From Salinispira sp. (GTDB taxonomy: Bacteria; Spirochaetota; Spirochaetia; DSM-27196; Salinispiraceae), in contig CBDDDG010000021.1 in assembly GCA_965226555.1 (NCBI GenBank), forward strand, positions 256,001-320,000: a stretch of DNA of 64,000 bases, written 5' to 3'. Below, in pieces: positions 51,567 through 62,479 of this stretch. Made by a program: the position numbers and the translations under genes. The notes under the pieces are model-generated. The model searched no databases. It was not told the DNA's origin and saw only the letters and a list, made by a program, of their open reading frames with translations. Positions within the stretch are counted from its first letter, which is position 1, and each line of letters opens with the position of its first letter.

Positions 51567-52892
51567 TTACTGCCCCGAAAATTCCGGATGTTCCTCAAGA
51601 ATCGGCAGTATGCTGTGTCCATCGGATATTCCATCAAGCTTCAAAATTTCTTCTACAGCCCTGTGTAATGCTTCTTCCACAACCACATGGGTAATAATTA
51701 CCAGCGGCAGTCCCGAATCCGTTTCACTGTCCGCATGCTGCAGAATGGAACTGACACTTATATTGTAGTTTGCGAGAATGGCGGTAAGTCCGGCGAGTAT
51801 GCCCGACTGATCCTTGAGTTGGAAACGAATGTAGTAGGGCCGCTGTATTTCTGCGGGCGGAAGCTGATTGGACTCATTACTCATGTCCGGCCATGTCCGC
51901 AGGGTGTTGAACAGTGCCGGATAGCTGCCGTTGGCAATACTCAGAACATCGGCAACCACCGCCGATGCAGTAGGAGAACCGCCTGCCCCTCTACCATAAT
52001 ACATGGTATGACCAACACTGTGCCCATATACGCTTATGGCGTTGAAGGATCCGGCGACCCATGCGAGCGGATGCTCCTCTGCGATGAAGGCGGGTTCGAC
52101 CCGCAAAAAGCAGCCTTCCGGTGTTTTCAGCGCAGAGGCAATGAGTTTAATCGTAAAACCCATTTCGGCTCCGAGAACCAAGTCGACAGACTGGAGCTTG
52201 TCGATGCCGGTAACAGGAATTTTGCTGAAATCCATCGCCTCGCCGAAGGCCAGTCCGCCCATTATGGCAATTTTATGCGCTGAATCGCTTCCGTTTACAT
52301 CGAGGCTGGGATCCGCTTCGGCAAGTCCATCTGCCTGAGCCTGGGAGAGCGCATCACCATAGCTCTGCCCCTTTGTGGACATTTCTGTGAGAATATAATT
52401 GCAGGTACCATTCACAATACCAAAAAGCGCGTCAATTTTGTTTGCCGCAAGACCATCAATAAGTGTCCTAATAATCGGAATACCGCCTCCGCAGCTTGCC
52501 TCAAAGGCGATGCAGACCTTATTTTTCCGGGCAGTCGCGTACAGTTCCCGTCCGTAATGCGCAAGAAGCGCTTTATTCGCCGTAACAACATGTTTTCCGG
52601 CCTCAAGCGATTGTATTATCAGCCTTCGGGCAAAATCGGTTCCGCCGACTAATTCAATAATTATCTCTACCTCAGGATCATCGAGCGCAGCCTGCAGTTC
52701 ATATTCAAATAGTTCCGGTGGGAGAGCGCAGTCTTCGGCATGGGCAAAATCTCTATCCACAATGTACTTCAAATATGTATCTATTCCGCTGCGAGCACAT
52801 CGATCTTTCCGATCCTTAAGAATAAGTTGTGCGACACTGCTGCCGACTGTTCCGCAGCCGATGAGAGCGATTGCTATGGTATGTGTGTGCAT
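51567..52892 (-). CDS. hom: Homoserine dehydrogenase with ACT domain
   Basis: GCGTVG, TANKA, EASCGGGIP, NGTCNY, GAGGSPTA. Confidence 0.95.
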   Translation of the reverse strand: MHTHTIAIALIGCGTVGSSVAQLILKDRKDRCARSGIDTYLKYIVDRDFAHAEDCALPPELFEYELQAALDDPEVEIIIELVGGTDFARRLIIQSLEAGKHVVTANKALLAHYGRELYATARKNKVCIAFEASCGGGIPIIRTLIDGLAANKIDALFGIVNGTCNYILTEMSTKGQSYGDALSQAQADGLAEADPSLDVNGSDSAHKIAIMGGLAFGEAMDFSKIPVTGIDKLQSVDLVLGAEMGFTIKLIASALKTPEGCFLRVEPAFIAEEHPLAWVAGSFNAISVYGHSVGHTMYYGRGAGGSPTASAVVADVLSIANGSYPALFNTLRTWPDMSNESNQLPPAEIQRPYYIRFQLKDQSGILAGLTAILANYNISVSSILQHADSETDSGLPLVIITHVVVEEALHRAVEEILKLDGISDGHSILPILEEHPEFSGQ

Positions 52893-52898
52893 AATCGG

Positions 52899-52927
52899 AT
52901 AATATGCTTGTAGAGATAAGCTGTCAA
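52899..52927 (-). promoter_or_regulatory. hom promoter, likely leaderless
   Basis: TTGACA-17-TATTAT-6 nt-ATG; no RBS. Confidence 0.55.
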
Positions 52928-52986
52928 GGTCTTGGGGTTTTAAAAACCCGGAGAATGTCTCCGGGGGGTGCTGGTGCTGGTTAGGC

Positions 52987-53793
52987 CTAGAAGCCTGATG
53001 TTACATTTCCGTTTTCATCAAAGGAAATAGGTGAACTCCAATAATGCTCGTAATCGTCTATGATCTGATCTTTGGCAGATTTTCCCCCTGCTATCTGTCC
53101 GTTTTCATAAAAACTAATGTCAAATCCGCCTTGATAGGTTACGCCGTCTATGGTGGTGTCTTTGGCAAGGGTTCCGCGTTTAAACCGTCCGTTTTCATAA
53201 AAGAAAATATCACTACTATAACTAATGCCCTGATAGGTTACTCCGTTTATTTCCGTATTCTTGGCAAGCCATCCTTGTTTTATCTGTCCGTTTTCATAAA
53301 AGTGAATATTTTTTACAGTTTTGTATGTTGTGCCGTCTATGGTCTGGTCTCCGGCAAGGGTTCCCTCCTTCACCTGCCTGTTTTTATAAAATTGAATGTC
53401 CTTTCCGGCTTTGTATGTTATGCCGTCTATGGTCTGGTTTCCTATGGTCCGGTCTCCGACGAGGGTTCCCTCTACTAGCTGTCCGTTTTCATAAAATTTA
53501 ATGATGTATTGCCCGCCTTCATAGGTTACGCCGTCTATGATCTGGTTTCCTGCAAAGGTTCCCTCTTTTACTTGCCCGTTTTCATAAAATCTAATTTTAT
53601 AACCGCTCTTATAGGTTATGCTGTCTATGATCTGCTCTCCGGCAAGGGTTCCCTCCTTCACCTGCCCGTTTTCGTAATAATATGTAGGAATACTTTTATA
53701 GATTATGCCGTTTATTGTTGTTTCACTGAAGGCTACCTGCCCGGCGGTCAATATCATAATTACCATAATTGATAGTATTGTTAGTTTTCGCAT
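52987..53793 (-). CDS. Secreted protein with FYENGQVKEGTL repeats (MORN2/YwqK-like)
   Basis: Signal peptide; ~9 repeats. Confidence 0.75.
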   Translation of the reverse strand: MRKLTILSIMVIMILTAGQVAFSETTINGIIYKSIPTYYYENGQVKEGTLAGEQIIDSITYKSGYKIRFYENGQVKEGTFAGNQIIDGVTYEGGQYIIKFYENGQLVEGTLVGDRTIGNQTIDGITYKAGKDIQFYKNRQVKEGTLAGDQTIDGTTYKTVKNIHFYENGQIKQGWLAKNTEINGVTYQGISYSSDIFFYENGRFKRGTLAKDTTIDGVTYQGGFDISFYENGQIAGGKSAKDQIIDDYEHYWSSPISFDENGNVTSGF

Positions 53794-54012
53794 TAAAAAC
53801 TCCTATAGGGAAGCTCTGGAAACACGGGTATTTCACACTGTATCGCGGAAATAGCGTTTTTTTAAGCTCCACTGTGATCTAGTATCATCAAAAAATTCGT
53901 TTGTGTCAAGCACTTTTTCTCTTTTGTGCAGAGGTTTTTGTTTTGCGCCCCCGTTTTCCGGTGTTTTCTGCTTGTTTCTCTTGTTCTTTTCATACTTTTT
54001 CGGGGTGTTGCC

Positions 54013-55191
54013 TTATCCCGACTGCAACCGATTGATCAAAAAACACATTCTCTGCATGTTGTAGACCACATCTCCCAAACCAATCTCAAATCTCGCTCTC
54101 TTCAGTCCCTTCCGCCTGACCTGCCGAAATCTCAATGCTCCCTTTCGGTGGGCAAACACATGTTCCACACGGCAGCGAATCTTCGACCACTGGGTATTCT
54201 CCCGCTTCTGCTCATCGCTTATCGGATTGTCCCGCGTCCCCTTGTGCAGTATTCGGCTTTTGCCCTTACCCGCTATCTCGGTGACAACCTTCTCGCAGGG
54301 CTCTCCCCAATAGCCTTTGTCCGCATATACTTCCTGCCCGCTGTCCTGCTCAGGATTCAGTACACGCCCGAGAGACTGCGAATCATGCACCGATGCCGGT
54401 GTCGCATGGAAGGTGAGAACACACTTCGATCCATTATCAATCTTTATGGTGTGGGAATAGCCAAAGAAGAATCTCCCCCGCCGTTTTGTCTTATTCGCAT
54501 CTTTATCGACTTGGCGATCCCGGTGAATCTCCTGCGTTGATGGGTCATCATGCTCTGTCGTATCGCCGGGACGATCCGTAGAAAGCTTTACCCGACGCTG
54601 GGGAGCTTCAATGATCTCGGCATCAATAATCCGACCGTCATTAACAATCAGCTCTTTATCACTCAGCTCCGCGGTAAAGCGCTCGAACAACTCATCAATT
54701 ACTCCTGCCTGCGTCAGCTTTTCCCGAAACTCCCATATCGAAACTTTTGCTACTGGAAATTGTGCAGAGCACAATTTCCAGTAGCAAAAGTTTCAGATTC
54801 AGAATGTTTTCTATGTGCTAAGCATTCTCCTATTTTATAGAAAGTTTTGCCTCAGGCAAAACTTTCATATTGTTTTCTCATCTGGAACGGTATCTTCACT
54901 CGTTATCCCCAGAAAACCCCGAAAACTTGATCGGTCTTCAACCTGAAACTCCAATTCGGCATCGGAAAAATTATAGAGACGGCTAAGAATCAGCATTTTG
55001 AACTTCAGAATTAGGTCAAATCCCGGGCGGCCTCCCGGACCGCGGGGGGTTCCCTTAATGGCTTTCGTGAGAATGGGAAGAAACATACTCCAATTAATAT
55101 GCTTATTTAGCGACAACAGTTTGTTTCGCTTCTCTAATCGGTGTAACCGTTCCTGTTCTGCTCTGTCAGAAAATGATAATTGAGTGTTCAT
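54013..55191 (-). pseudogene. IS5 DDE transposase split by a palindromic element
   Basis: GGRP, SDAELE, PDEKTI|WEFRE, ADKGY, RCRVEHVF; removing 132 bp restores a 348-aa ORF. Confidence 0.9.
54740..54866 (+). mobile_element. 127-bp palindromic element nested in IS5
   Basis: CATAT duplicated around it; same architecture as 12240-12366. Confidence 0.9.
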
Positions 55192-55354
55192 GCCTGCCTC
55201 CAATGGGTAAGTATCCGATATTCTCCTATCTCACTCACAAAATGTCAATTCACCACACATCACCTACCGAACTGTGAGTTTCCAGAGCTTCCCTATAATT
55301 TTTTTATAAAAAATATTGCAAATTCTGTCAGGCGTTTTTTCCAATGAATCCACC

Positions 55355-55702
55355 TTATTCGCGTAACACGAATCCGTTGTCGCCGTTATATTCGGCATTG
55401 CAACTGTTTTCCAACATGCGACCAATTACAGTAAACGCACACCCGCCGTTGCGGGCTGCGGTTGGACATTGCTCCCTGAAATCTTTGCGGTCAAATTTTT
55501 TACGCACAAGCAAATGCTTTTCAGCTACTTGGATGTCGGCGAGCAGAATTCCTTTTTTGTTAACGCGTTCGGAGCCTTGCGATGTGTAATACATGCAAAC
55601 GCCGTCTCGCCATTTATCGCACCGATACGACGCACCGGGTTTTTTCAAGTGCGGATATTTTGTGCCCGGCGGATTGTTTTTTTCAAAATCAGTTTTTATC
55701 AT
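55355..55702 (-). CDS. Hypothetical protein
   Basis: 115-aa ORF; family not recognised. Confidence 0.4.
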   Translation of the reverse strand: MIKTDFEKNNPPGTKYPHLKKPGASYRCDKWRDGVCMYYTSQGSERVNKKGILLADIQVAEKHLLVRKKFDRKDFREQCPTAARNGGCAFTVIGRMLENSCNAEYNGDNGFVLRE

Positions 55703-55874
55703 AGTCGCATTTTGGGAGATTATTGCTGGTATGTCAATAAGTTTTCCCCATTGGGGTGGGAAAAATGGGAAAAAATTGAAAAATCACATTGAATCAGCCC
55801 TTGCATCATTCCCAAAATAAATGTATTGTATACGAAACTTTGAAATAAAAATAAAATGTTTTGAGGAGTACGAT

Positions 55875-57116
55875 ATGCACGTTACCGAAGTTACGGATGG
55901 AATTTTTCGCTTATCCGCAAACGCACACAATTTACTGTTTGAGGGCATATGGCCAATTCCTAACGGTGTAAGCATGAACAGCTATATTGTTCGGGGTGAG
56001 AAAATTGCCATTGTCGATGGTGTCTGCGGGTGGGATGGAGTGCCGGAAACACTTTTTGAACAGTTCAAACACATGGATATACATGTTGATGATATCGATT
56101 ATGTTATTGTGAACCATCATGAACCGGATCATAGCGGATGGCTGGAAGATTTTAAGAAGATACGTCCCAACTTTGAAATTATTACCAGTGTCAGAGGGGA
56201 GGCGCTTCTTGATGCCTTCTACGGAATTACCGAGAACATCCGTACCGTTAAAACGGGTGATACGCTTGATCTTGGCGGCGGACGGGTACTTGCCTTTGCC
56301 GACATTCCCAATGTTCACTGGCCGGAGACTATGGCAACCTTCGATACGAAGAGCGGCACCCTCCTTCCCTGCGATGCCTTCGGATCCTTTGGGGCAATTG
56401 GCGATGCTCCCTATGATGATCAGTTGGATCAGAAGGAAATTGATTTTTTTGAACGGGAAGCTGTGCGGTACTATTCCAACATTGTTGCGGCCTTCTGTCT
56501 TCCGGTAAACAAGGCAATTAAAGCAGTGGAGGGGCTGCCGGTGAAAATTATCGCTCCGGGGCATGGAATTGTCTGGAGACAAAATCCGCAAAAGATCATT
56601 GACGATTACAAGCGCTATGCGAGCTACGACAAAAATCCGGCAAAAGAAGAGGTTACTGTTATCTGGGGGTCAATGTACGGCTGTACCGGGAAGGCTATTC
56701 AGCCGCTGGTAGACGCAATTGAATCGGAGAATGTGAAGGTCCATGTTCACCGTGTTCCCGAGGCGCCTCTCGGAGATATTCTCACCTCTGTGTGGACATC
56801 TACCGGTATCGTTATTGCGACTCCCACCTATGAGTACAAAATGTTCCCCCCCGTCTTTGCTGTCGTTGATGAACTGGTGAAGAAAAAGGTAAAGAACCGT
56901 AAGGCCTTTTACATGGGCAGTTACGGATGGTCGGGCGGAGCGAAAAAGGAGCTCGATGAACTCATGGCGCAGCATAAATCTGGCTGGGACTTTCTCGAAT
57001 CGGTTGAGTTTAAGGGGAACCCGACCACTCCCGATCTTAACCGCATTCAGGAACGGGGCCGTGAGTTGGCGCGTGAGGTAAAGCGCATGGTTGCCGAGGC
57101 TCCATCGCCTGTCTGA
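55875..57116 (+). CDS. fprA: Flavodiiron protein (FprA-type)
   Basis: HHEPDH, HWPET, CDAFG, PGHG, SMYG, GSYGWSGG. Confidence 0.92.
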   Translation: MHVTEVTDGIFRLSANAHNLLFEGIWPIPNGVSMNSYIVRGEKIAIVDGVCGWDGVPETLFEQFKHMDIHVDDIDYVIVNHHEPDHSGWLEDFKKIRPNFEIITSVRGEALLDAFYGITENIRTVKTGDTLDLGGGRVLAFADIPNVHWPETMATFDTKSGTLLPCDAFGSFGAIGDAPYDDQLDQKEIDFFEREAVRYYSNIVAAFCLPVNKAIKAVEGLPVKIIAPGHGIVWRQNPQKIIDDYKRYASYDKNPAKEEVTVIWGSMYGCTGKAIQPLVDAIESENVKVHVHRVPEAPLGDILTSVWTSTGIVIATPTYEYKMFPPVFAVVDELVKKKVKNRKAFYMGSYGWSGGAKKELDELMAQHKSGWDFLESVEFKGNPTTPDLNRIQERGRELAREVKRMVAEAPSPV

Positions 57117-57140
57117 ACCATCGCATGCGGTAATTTAGTA

Positions 57141-57195
57141 GAAACTTTTGCATTGGAAAATTGCGCTTGCGCAATTTTCCAGTAGCAAAACTTTG
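57141..57195. mobile_element. ~55-bp palindromic unit
   Basis: Long hairpin of the family; AGTA on both sides. Confidence 0.65.
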
Positions 57196-57219
57196 AGTAT
57201 ATAAATTGACCGTAGATCA

Positions 57220-57248
57220 TTGACGTTTTTGGAAAATACATATATGAT
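57220..57248 (+). promoter_or_regulatory. infC operon promoter
   Basis: TTGACG-17-TATGAT. Confidence 0.6.
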
Positions 57249-57286
57249 CATTTTTTATATACGCGTATTGCGTCATAGGGGGTATA

Positions 57287-57814
57287 TTGTCCGCAAAGAA
57301 ACATCGAATTAATAAGCAAATCCGGGTTAATGAAGTTCGTCTTGTCGATGACAGGGGTGAACAGAAGGGTATTGTTCCCATAGCCCAAGCGCTTGAAGCG
57401 GCAAACGAAAAGGGGCTTGACTTGGTTGAAGTTTCGCCAAATGCCAATCCCCCGGTTTGTAAACTTATCAATTATGGTAAGTATAAATACGAAGTGGACA
57501 AAAAAAACCGGGAATCGAAGAAGCATCAATCTCAGGTACGGTTAAAGGAAATCCGCATGCAGCCCAAGATTGAAGTTCATGATCTTCAATTCAAAACCAA
57601 ACATGTATTGGAATTTCTGCAGGAAGGAAATAAATGCAAGGTAACGATACGGTTTCGCGGGCGGGAGTTTGCGCACACCTATCTTGGGAAAGAAGTGCTT
57701 TTCAAGGTTCTGGATCTTCTTGGTGAAGAAAATTACAACCTCGATAATCCGCCGGCCATGGAAGGAAGATTTATGAGTATGATTCTCAGTCCCAAAAACA
57801 GGAAAAAGAAGTGA
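57287..57814 (+). CDS. infC: Translation initiation factor IF-3; non-AUG start (TTG 57287 or ATA 57284)
   Basis: RINKQIR, LDLVEV, PPVCK, FRGRE. Confidence 0.95.
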   Translation: MSAKKHRINKQIRVNEVRLVDDRGEQKGIVPIAQALEAANEKGLDLVEVSPNANPPVCKLINYGKYKYEVDKKNRESKKHQSQVRLKEIRMQPKIEVHDLQFKTKHVLEFLQEGNKCKVTIRFRGREFAHTYLGKEVLFKVLDLLGEENYNLDNPPAMEGRFMSMILSPKNRKKK

Positions 57815-57824
57815 GGAAAAGCTA

Positions 57825-58022
57825 ATGCCAAAAATGAAAACCCGTAAATCTGCTGCCAAGCGTTATTCAGTAACGGCAGGAGGAAAAATCAAGTACAAAA
57901 AACAGGGCTTACGTCATATACTTACCAAAAAGAGTACAAAGCGTAAAAGAGGGCTCCGCAAGAGCGGCATTCTCAGCCCGGCTGAAACCAAACGCGTTCG
58001 AAAGTTACTTCCCTATGGGTAA
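57825..58022 (+). CDS. rpmI: 50S ribosomal protein L35
   Basis: [13 protein letters not shown]. Confidence 0.97.
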   Translation: MPKMKTRKSAAKRYSVTAGGKIKYKKQGLRHILTKKSTKRKRGLRKSGILSPAETKRVRKLLPYG

Positions 58023-58056
58023 GTGAGAATCCAATCGTGTATCTGAGGAGACGACC

Positions 58057-58416
58057 ATGCCAAGAGTAGTTGATGGAACCCGGCGCAAGAATCGCCGAAA
58101 AAAAATACTCAAACAAACGAAGGGTTTCTATGGGGGCAGACGAACCCTTCATAAAACCGCAAAAGATGCCCTGAAGAAGAGTCTGCAATATGCCTACCGC
58201 GACCGTAAGGTCAGGAAGAGAGATTTTCGTCAACTGTGGATTGCCCGAATTTCAGCTTCAGTAAGAGAAGAGGGGCTGAACTATTCCCGTTTTATTCAGG
58301 GCCTGCACAAAGCAGGAGTTGAACTTAATCGAAAAACTCTTTCAAATCTCGCAATTGAAGATAAGCAGGCTTTTTCCTTGCTGATAGAGCTTTCAAAAAA
58401 ACATCTCAATGCATAA
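58057..58416 (+). CDS. rplT: 50S ribosomal protein L20
   Basis: YAYRDRKVRKRDFRQLWIARI. Confidence 0.97.
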   Translation: MPRVVDGTRRKNRRKKILKQTKGFYGGRRTLHKTAKDALKKSLQYAYRDRKVRKRDFRQLWIARISASVREEGLNYSRFIQGLHKAGVELNRKTLSNLAIEDKQAFSLLIELSKKHLNA

Positions 58417-58417
58417 A

Positions 58418-58471
58418 GAAACTTTTGCTACTGGAAATTGTGCTCTGCACAATTTTCCAATGCAAAAATCG
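58418..58471. mobile_element. 54-bp palindromic unit at the rplT stop
   Basis: ATAAA/ATAAA flanks. Confidence 0.7.
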
Positions 58472-58493
58472 ATAAAATTATTTGGGAGGAAAA

Positions 58494-59003
58494 ATGATCA
58501 CTATTGAACAAATTCGGCGCCTTGAAAATAAAATTCAGGAAGTTATGGAGCTTCTCCGCCGCTATAAAGATGAGAACGCTCATATAAAAGAGGAGCTTGC
58601 AGCATCTGAGGTGCGTAGAGAAGAGCTTGAAAATGACCTAAAAAAACATCGTGATGAGCAGGAAGAAATTGAGCAGGGCATTCTTAAGGCTCTTGATCAG
58701 CTCAATAACATTGAAGATGTGGTCGGTAATCTGAAAAAAGTCGGAACCCGCAGGGAAGTCGCTCCAGTCGGAACCCGGGAAGCAGCTTCCCATATCGCTC
58801 TTGAACCGTCACATGAACATGATGAATCCAAACATGACGATAACCCCAGTATTGATATTGATATTGATATTGATATTGACAGTTCTGCTGATGATGATCA
58901 TTCCGATCATGATAATGCTGATAATGCCGCATCCGAGATCAACAACGAAGTGGAGTCCGGTGACGATGGTTCCTCTGAAGAAGAGCAGCTTGATATTTTC
59001 TGA
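58494..59003 (+). CDS. ZapB-like coiled-coil protein
   Basis: MITIEQIRRLENKI coiled coil; upstream of zapA. Confidence 0.6.
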   Translation: MITIEQIRRLENKIQEVMELLRRYKDENAHIKEELAASEVRREELENDLKKHRDEQEEIEQGILKALDQLNNIEDVVGNLKKVGTRREVAPVGTREAASHIALEPSHEHDESKHDDNPSIDIDIDIDIDSSADDDHSDHDNADNAASEINNEVESGDDGSSEEEQLDIF

Positions 59004-59008
59004 AGCTC

Positions 59009-59344
59009 ATGCGCATGAAAATAGAGTTATTGGGTACCAGTTTTCTTCTTCAATCGGATGAAGACCGCGAATATCTCAAAAAGGTTGTGCGGTATTTTGA
59101 AAAAAAACTTGACGAAACCCGCCGAACCGTTGATACCTCGGATCCTCTGAAACTCGCAATTCTCGCCGGCATGATGATAACTGATGAATTTTTTACCTCA
59201 GAAAAGGGGAGCTCCGAGCTGGCTTCCGATCTGACTGTTAATGATCTCGAAGAAGCCGAGCAGATAACACTCAATCTCATAGACACCATTGCCCAAACAC
59301 TGCGGGAAAATGACCCTGAGCCTTCAGGGGCGGATGAAACATAA
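59009..59344 (+). CDS. zapA: Cell division protein ZapA
   Basis: IELLGTSF...LAILAGMMITDE. Confidence 0.8.
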   Translation: MRMKIELLGTSFLLQSDEDREYLKKVVRYFEKKLDETRRTVDTSDPLKLAILAGMMITDEFFTSEKGSSELASDLTVNDLEEAEQITLNLIDTIAQTLRENDPEPSGADET

Positions 59345-59367
59345 ATTACTTTCTGCTACTTTCTTCC

Positions 59368-59395
59368 TAAAGTTTCCCCCAAAACCTGCCGACAA
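59368..59395 (+). promoter_or_regulatory. Sigma28 (FliA)-type promoter
   Basis: TAAA-N16-GCCGACAA upstream of flagellin. Confidence 0.7.
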
Positions 59396-59589
59396 TTAAT
59401 ATGGGTAATTTATGTCAAACGATTATAAGACAGGGTCTACTTCTCCTTAATCTTACTATCGGATTTTGAAATAAAGCCTTTAGTAAAACATTCAATTTTG
59501 CTTCAGGTATTCCCACTGCCGGGCATGGATGCCCGGTACTGCCGCACGTAAAAATTCGGCATATCTTTATCATCATCAAGGAGGATGAA

Positions 59590-60450
59590 ATGATAATTAA
59601 TCACAACCTTAGTGCTATGTTTGCGCAGCGTCAAAATGGCGTTAATGCCATGAATACCACTAAGAATATTGAGAAGCTGAGTTCAGGTCTGCGGATTAAC
59701 CGCGCCGGCGACGATGCTTCCGGTCTTGCGGTTTCCGAAAAACTGCGCAGTCAAATTCGTGGTCTCCAGCAGGCCAGTCGGAATGCTCAGGATGGAATCA
59801 GCCTTATTCAAACAACTGAGGGTTATCTCCAGGAAACAACCGATATTCTGCAGAGAATCCGCGAACTTTCCATTCAGGCTTCAAACGGTATCTATACGGA
59901 AGCAGATCGGCAGCAGATTCAGGTTGAAGTGAGTCAGCTTGTCGATGAGATCGACCGTGTAGCGAGCCATGCGCAGTTCAACGAATTGAACTTGCTGACC
60001 GGGCGTTTCGCTCAGGACGATGATGTCAATGTCGTAGTGGCGAGCATGTGGTTTCACATTGGCGCCAACATGGACCAGCGGGAACGTGTTTTCATTGGTA
60101 CCATGACTTCTGAGGCCCTTGATGTACGGAATGTCGGATCGGGAGATATTATCACTGTTGTAACTCCCGAAGATGCCAACAAGAACATTGGCATTCTTGA
60201 TGAAGCGCTCAAGGAAGTCAACAAGCAGCGGGCGGATCTTGGCGCGTATCAGAATCGTCTGGAATTAACCATCACCGGGCTTGATGTCGGCGCAGAGAAT
60301 CTGCAGGCATCTGAAAGCCGTATCCGCGATCTGAACATGGCGCAGGAAATGGTCGATTTCACAAAGAACCAGATATTGGTTCAGGCATCGACTGCCATGC
60401 TTGCTCAGGCAAATCTTCAGCCTCAATCAATTTTACAGATTCTTGGTTAA
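59590..60450 (+). CDS. flaB: Periplasmic flagellar core protein FlaB
   Basis: [32 protein letters not shown]. Confidence 0.95.
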   Translation: MIINHNLSAMFAQRQNGVNAMNTTKNIEKLSSGLRINRAGDDASGLAVSEKLRSQIRGLQQASRNAQDGISLIQTTEGYLQETTDILQRIRELSIQASNGIYTEADRQQIQVEVSQLVDEIDRVASHAQFNELNLLTGRFAQDDDVNVVVASMWFHIGANMDQRERVFIGTMTSEALDVRNVGSGDIITVVTPEDANKNIGILDEALKEVNKQRADLGAYQNRLELTITGLDVGAENLQASESRIRDLNMAQEMVDFTKNQILVQASTAMLAQANLQPQSILQILG

Positions 60451-60483
60451 ATCTGGTAGAAGTTTTTTCTGACGCACATGTTT

Positions 60484-60528
60484 ATGCCGGCCTGTTTTGA
60501 TTCAAAAATAGGTCGGCATTATTTTTTT
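60484..60528 (+). terminator. Intrinsic terminator after the first flaB
   Basis: ATGCCGGCCT...AGGTCGGCAT followed by a T-run. Confidence 0.6.
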
Positions 60529-60540
60529 CTGATTCTTCGT

Positions 60541-60567
60541 GAAAGTTTTGCAAAATGCAAAAATTTC
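60541..60567. mobile_element. 27-bp palindromic unit
   Basis: TTCGT/TTCGT flanks. Confidence 0.75.
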
Positions 60568-60892
60568 TTCGTATTTTTCTTGATGTATACGTCGCAATGA
60601 TGTAATATACATATAACGGCAGAACAATGTTGTTTTGTCGTGGAGCAGGGTCAGGGTCATACGTGATTTTGCATCCAAAGATCTTTGACATAGTTCCCTT
60701 TCTTGACACTGCCTGTCGAATAATTCCGCGATCAACGAAGTGATCTGCTTGCTTGTTTTTAAGCAAATAAGTAGGCGTAGATCACTTCGCTCAGCAGCCT
60801 GAACGGAGTAGGATGAAAATCCTAAAGCGCTGCGATGGCGGGGTCAAAAGCACGGATTGCTTTTGAGAATATATAGTTCAAGGAGGGGTTAA

Positions 60893-61747
60893 ATGATTAT
60901 TAACCACAACATAAGTGCATTATATGCTAACCGCGTGCTCGGTGAGCGTGGTGCTGAAACCCAGCGTTCAATTGAAAAATTGAGTTCTGGTGAACGTATT
61001 ACGCGTGCTGCAGAAGATGCGGCAGGGCTTGCGGTATCGGAAAAAATGCGATCGCAGATTCGAGGGCTTAATCAAGCCAGTAGAAATATCGGCGATGCAA
61101 TTTCGTTTATTCAGACAACAGAGGGGTATTTGCAAAATACAAGCGATATTCTCGGCCGTCTGAGAGAACTAGCTGTACAGTCTGCCAATGGTATCTATAC
61201 GGCCGAAGATCGGTCGCAGATTCAGGTAGAGGTTTCTCAGCTTGTGGATGAAGTGAATCGAATTGCGGATCATGCTCAGTTCAACCAATTGAACATGCTT
61301 ACCGGTCGATTTGCTCGGGACAGCGTTATAGGAGAGGTTATGCAGTTTCACATTGGCGCCAATGTTGACCAGAATGAACAGGTCTTCATTGAAGCAATGA
61401 CTGCGGAATCTCTTGGTTTGCAAAATCAGCAGGGTACTGGCGATCAAATGAGTATTGCCACACCTGAGGCTGCAAATCAGGCTATTGGAACGCTCGATGG
61501 GGCACTCACGTCTGTTAACAGACAACGGGCAGATCTTGGCGCATATCAGAATCGCTTCGAATCGGCTCAAAAAGGGGTTGATATTGCTGCTGAAAATTTG
61601 CAGGCTTCTGAATCCCGCATTCGGGATGCGGACATGGCGAGTGAGGTTGTCGAATTCACTAAGAATCAGATTCTTACTCAGGCAAATACTGCCATGCTTG
61701 CTCAGGCAAACCTTCAAAGTCAGTCAGTTCTTCAGCTTCTTGGTTAG
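60893..61747 (+). CDS. flaB: Second FlaB core flagellin
   Basis: [19 protein letters not shown]. Confidence 0.95.
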   Translation: MIINHNISALYANRVLGERGAETQRSIEKLSSGERITRAAEDAAGLAVSEKMRSQIRGLNQASRNIGDAISFIQTTEGYLQNTSDILGRLRELAVQSANGIYTAEDRSQIQVEVSQLVDEVNRIADHAQFNQLNMLTGRFARDSVIGEVMQFHIGANVDQNEQVFIEAMTAESLGLQNQQGTGDQMSIATPEAANQAIGTLDGALTSVNRQRADLGAYQNRFESAQKGVDIAAENLQASESRIRDADMASEVVEFTKNQILTQANTAMLAQANLQSQSVLQLLG

Positions 61748-61869
61748 TTTTTGATATTGGTCAGGCAATCTCCGTTCATATGGAAAGAAGGTTCTGGATG
61801 TTTCTTCTTTTCTTGATTTTCTCTGTCCCTTCTTCGGGAGGGGCAGAGCATTCTACATGGAGGTGAAAT

Positions 61870-62256
61870 ATGGTACCAGAAATACACGGAATAGAAAAAA
61901 ATGCCGGAGCAGTTCAATTCCGCTCCAGAAACAATTCCCATACATCACCCACCCCGAGCTCATTAAGTAATAAGACAATGAAAATTCGTCAGATTACGGC
62001 GGAAAAAGCTGCTGAAGCCCGCCGTGCGGCGCAGCGAAGGATCAAACAGGAATTAGAACGGGCATCGCGTGAAATACGGCTCCCTGTTAATCATAAACTA
62101 CAATACTCCATCGATTTCAATAGTAAGGATATTATGGTTAAAGTAATTGATGCTACGACGAATAAGGTAATAAAAGAGCTCCCCCCCGAACAGGCCCGTC
62201 GACTTCGTTCGCGCATTCGGGAATTTGCCGGTCTCCTCATTGATAGAACCATCTGA
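61870..62256 (+). CDS. flaG: FlaG family protein
   Basis: VKVIDATTNKVIKELPPE...GLLID. Confidence 0.85.
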   Translation: MVPEIHGIEKNAGAVQFRSRNNSHTSPTPSSLSNKTMKIRQITAEKAAEARRAAQRRIKQELERASREIRLPVNHKLQYSIDFNSKDIMVKVIDATTNKVIKELPPEQARRLRSRIREFAGLLIDRTI

Positions 62257-62405
62257 AATGAGAAACTTTTGCATTTCGCAAAACTCCCTGCAAAATGCGG
62301 GAATGCTCAGTGCATAAAAGCATTCAAAATGAGAAACCTTTGCTGTAGCCTATTGCCATAAATATATTTTTTATGATAGGCTCAGCTTCTGCTAAAAATA
62401 ATTCC

Positions 62406-62479
<74 letters not shown>

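Larger units (their letters stand above)
53808..55293 (-). mobile_element. IS5-family insertion sequence
   Basis: 16-bp perfect IRs GGGAAGCTCTGGAAAC; TATA flanks. Confidence 0.9.

Noticed and set aside
53808..55293. IS5 transposase as the mobiliser of the palindromic family
   Set aside because: Its IRs (GGGAAGCTCTGGAAAC) and 4-bp TATA duplication do not match the element's ends or 5-bp duplications.
59345..59589. Possible 6S RNA after zapA
   Set aside because: Explained by the sigma28 promoter and flaB leader; no 6S-like long duplex recognised.
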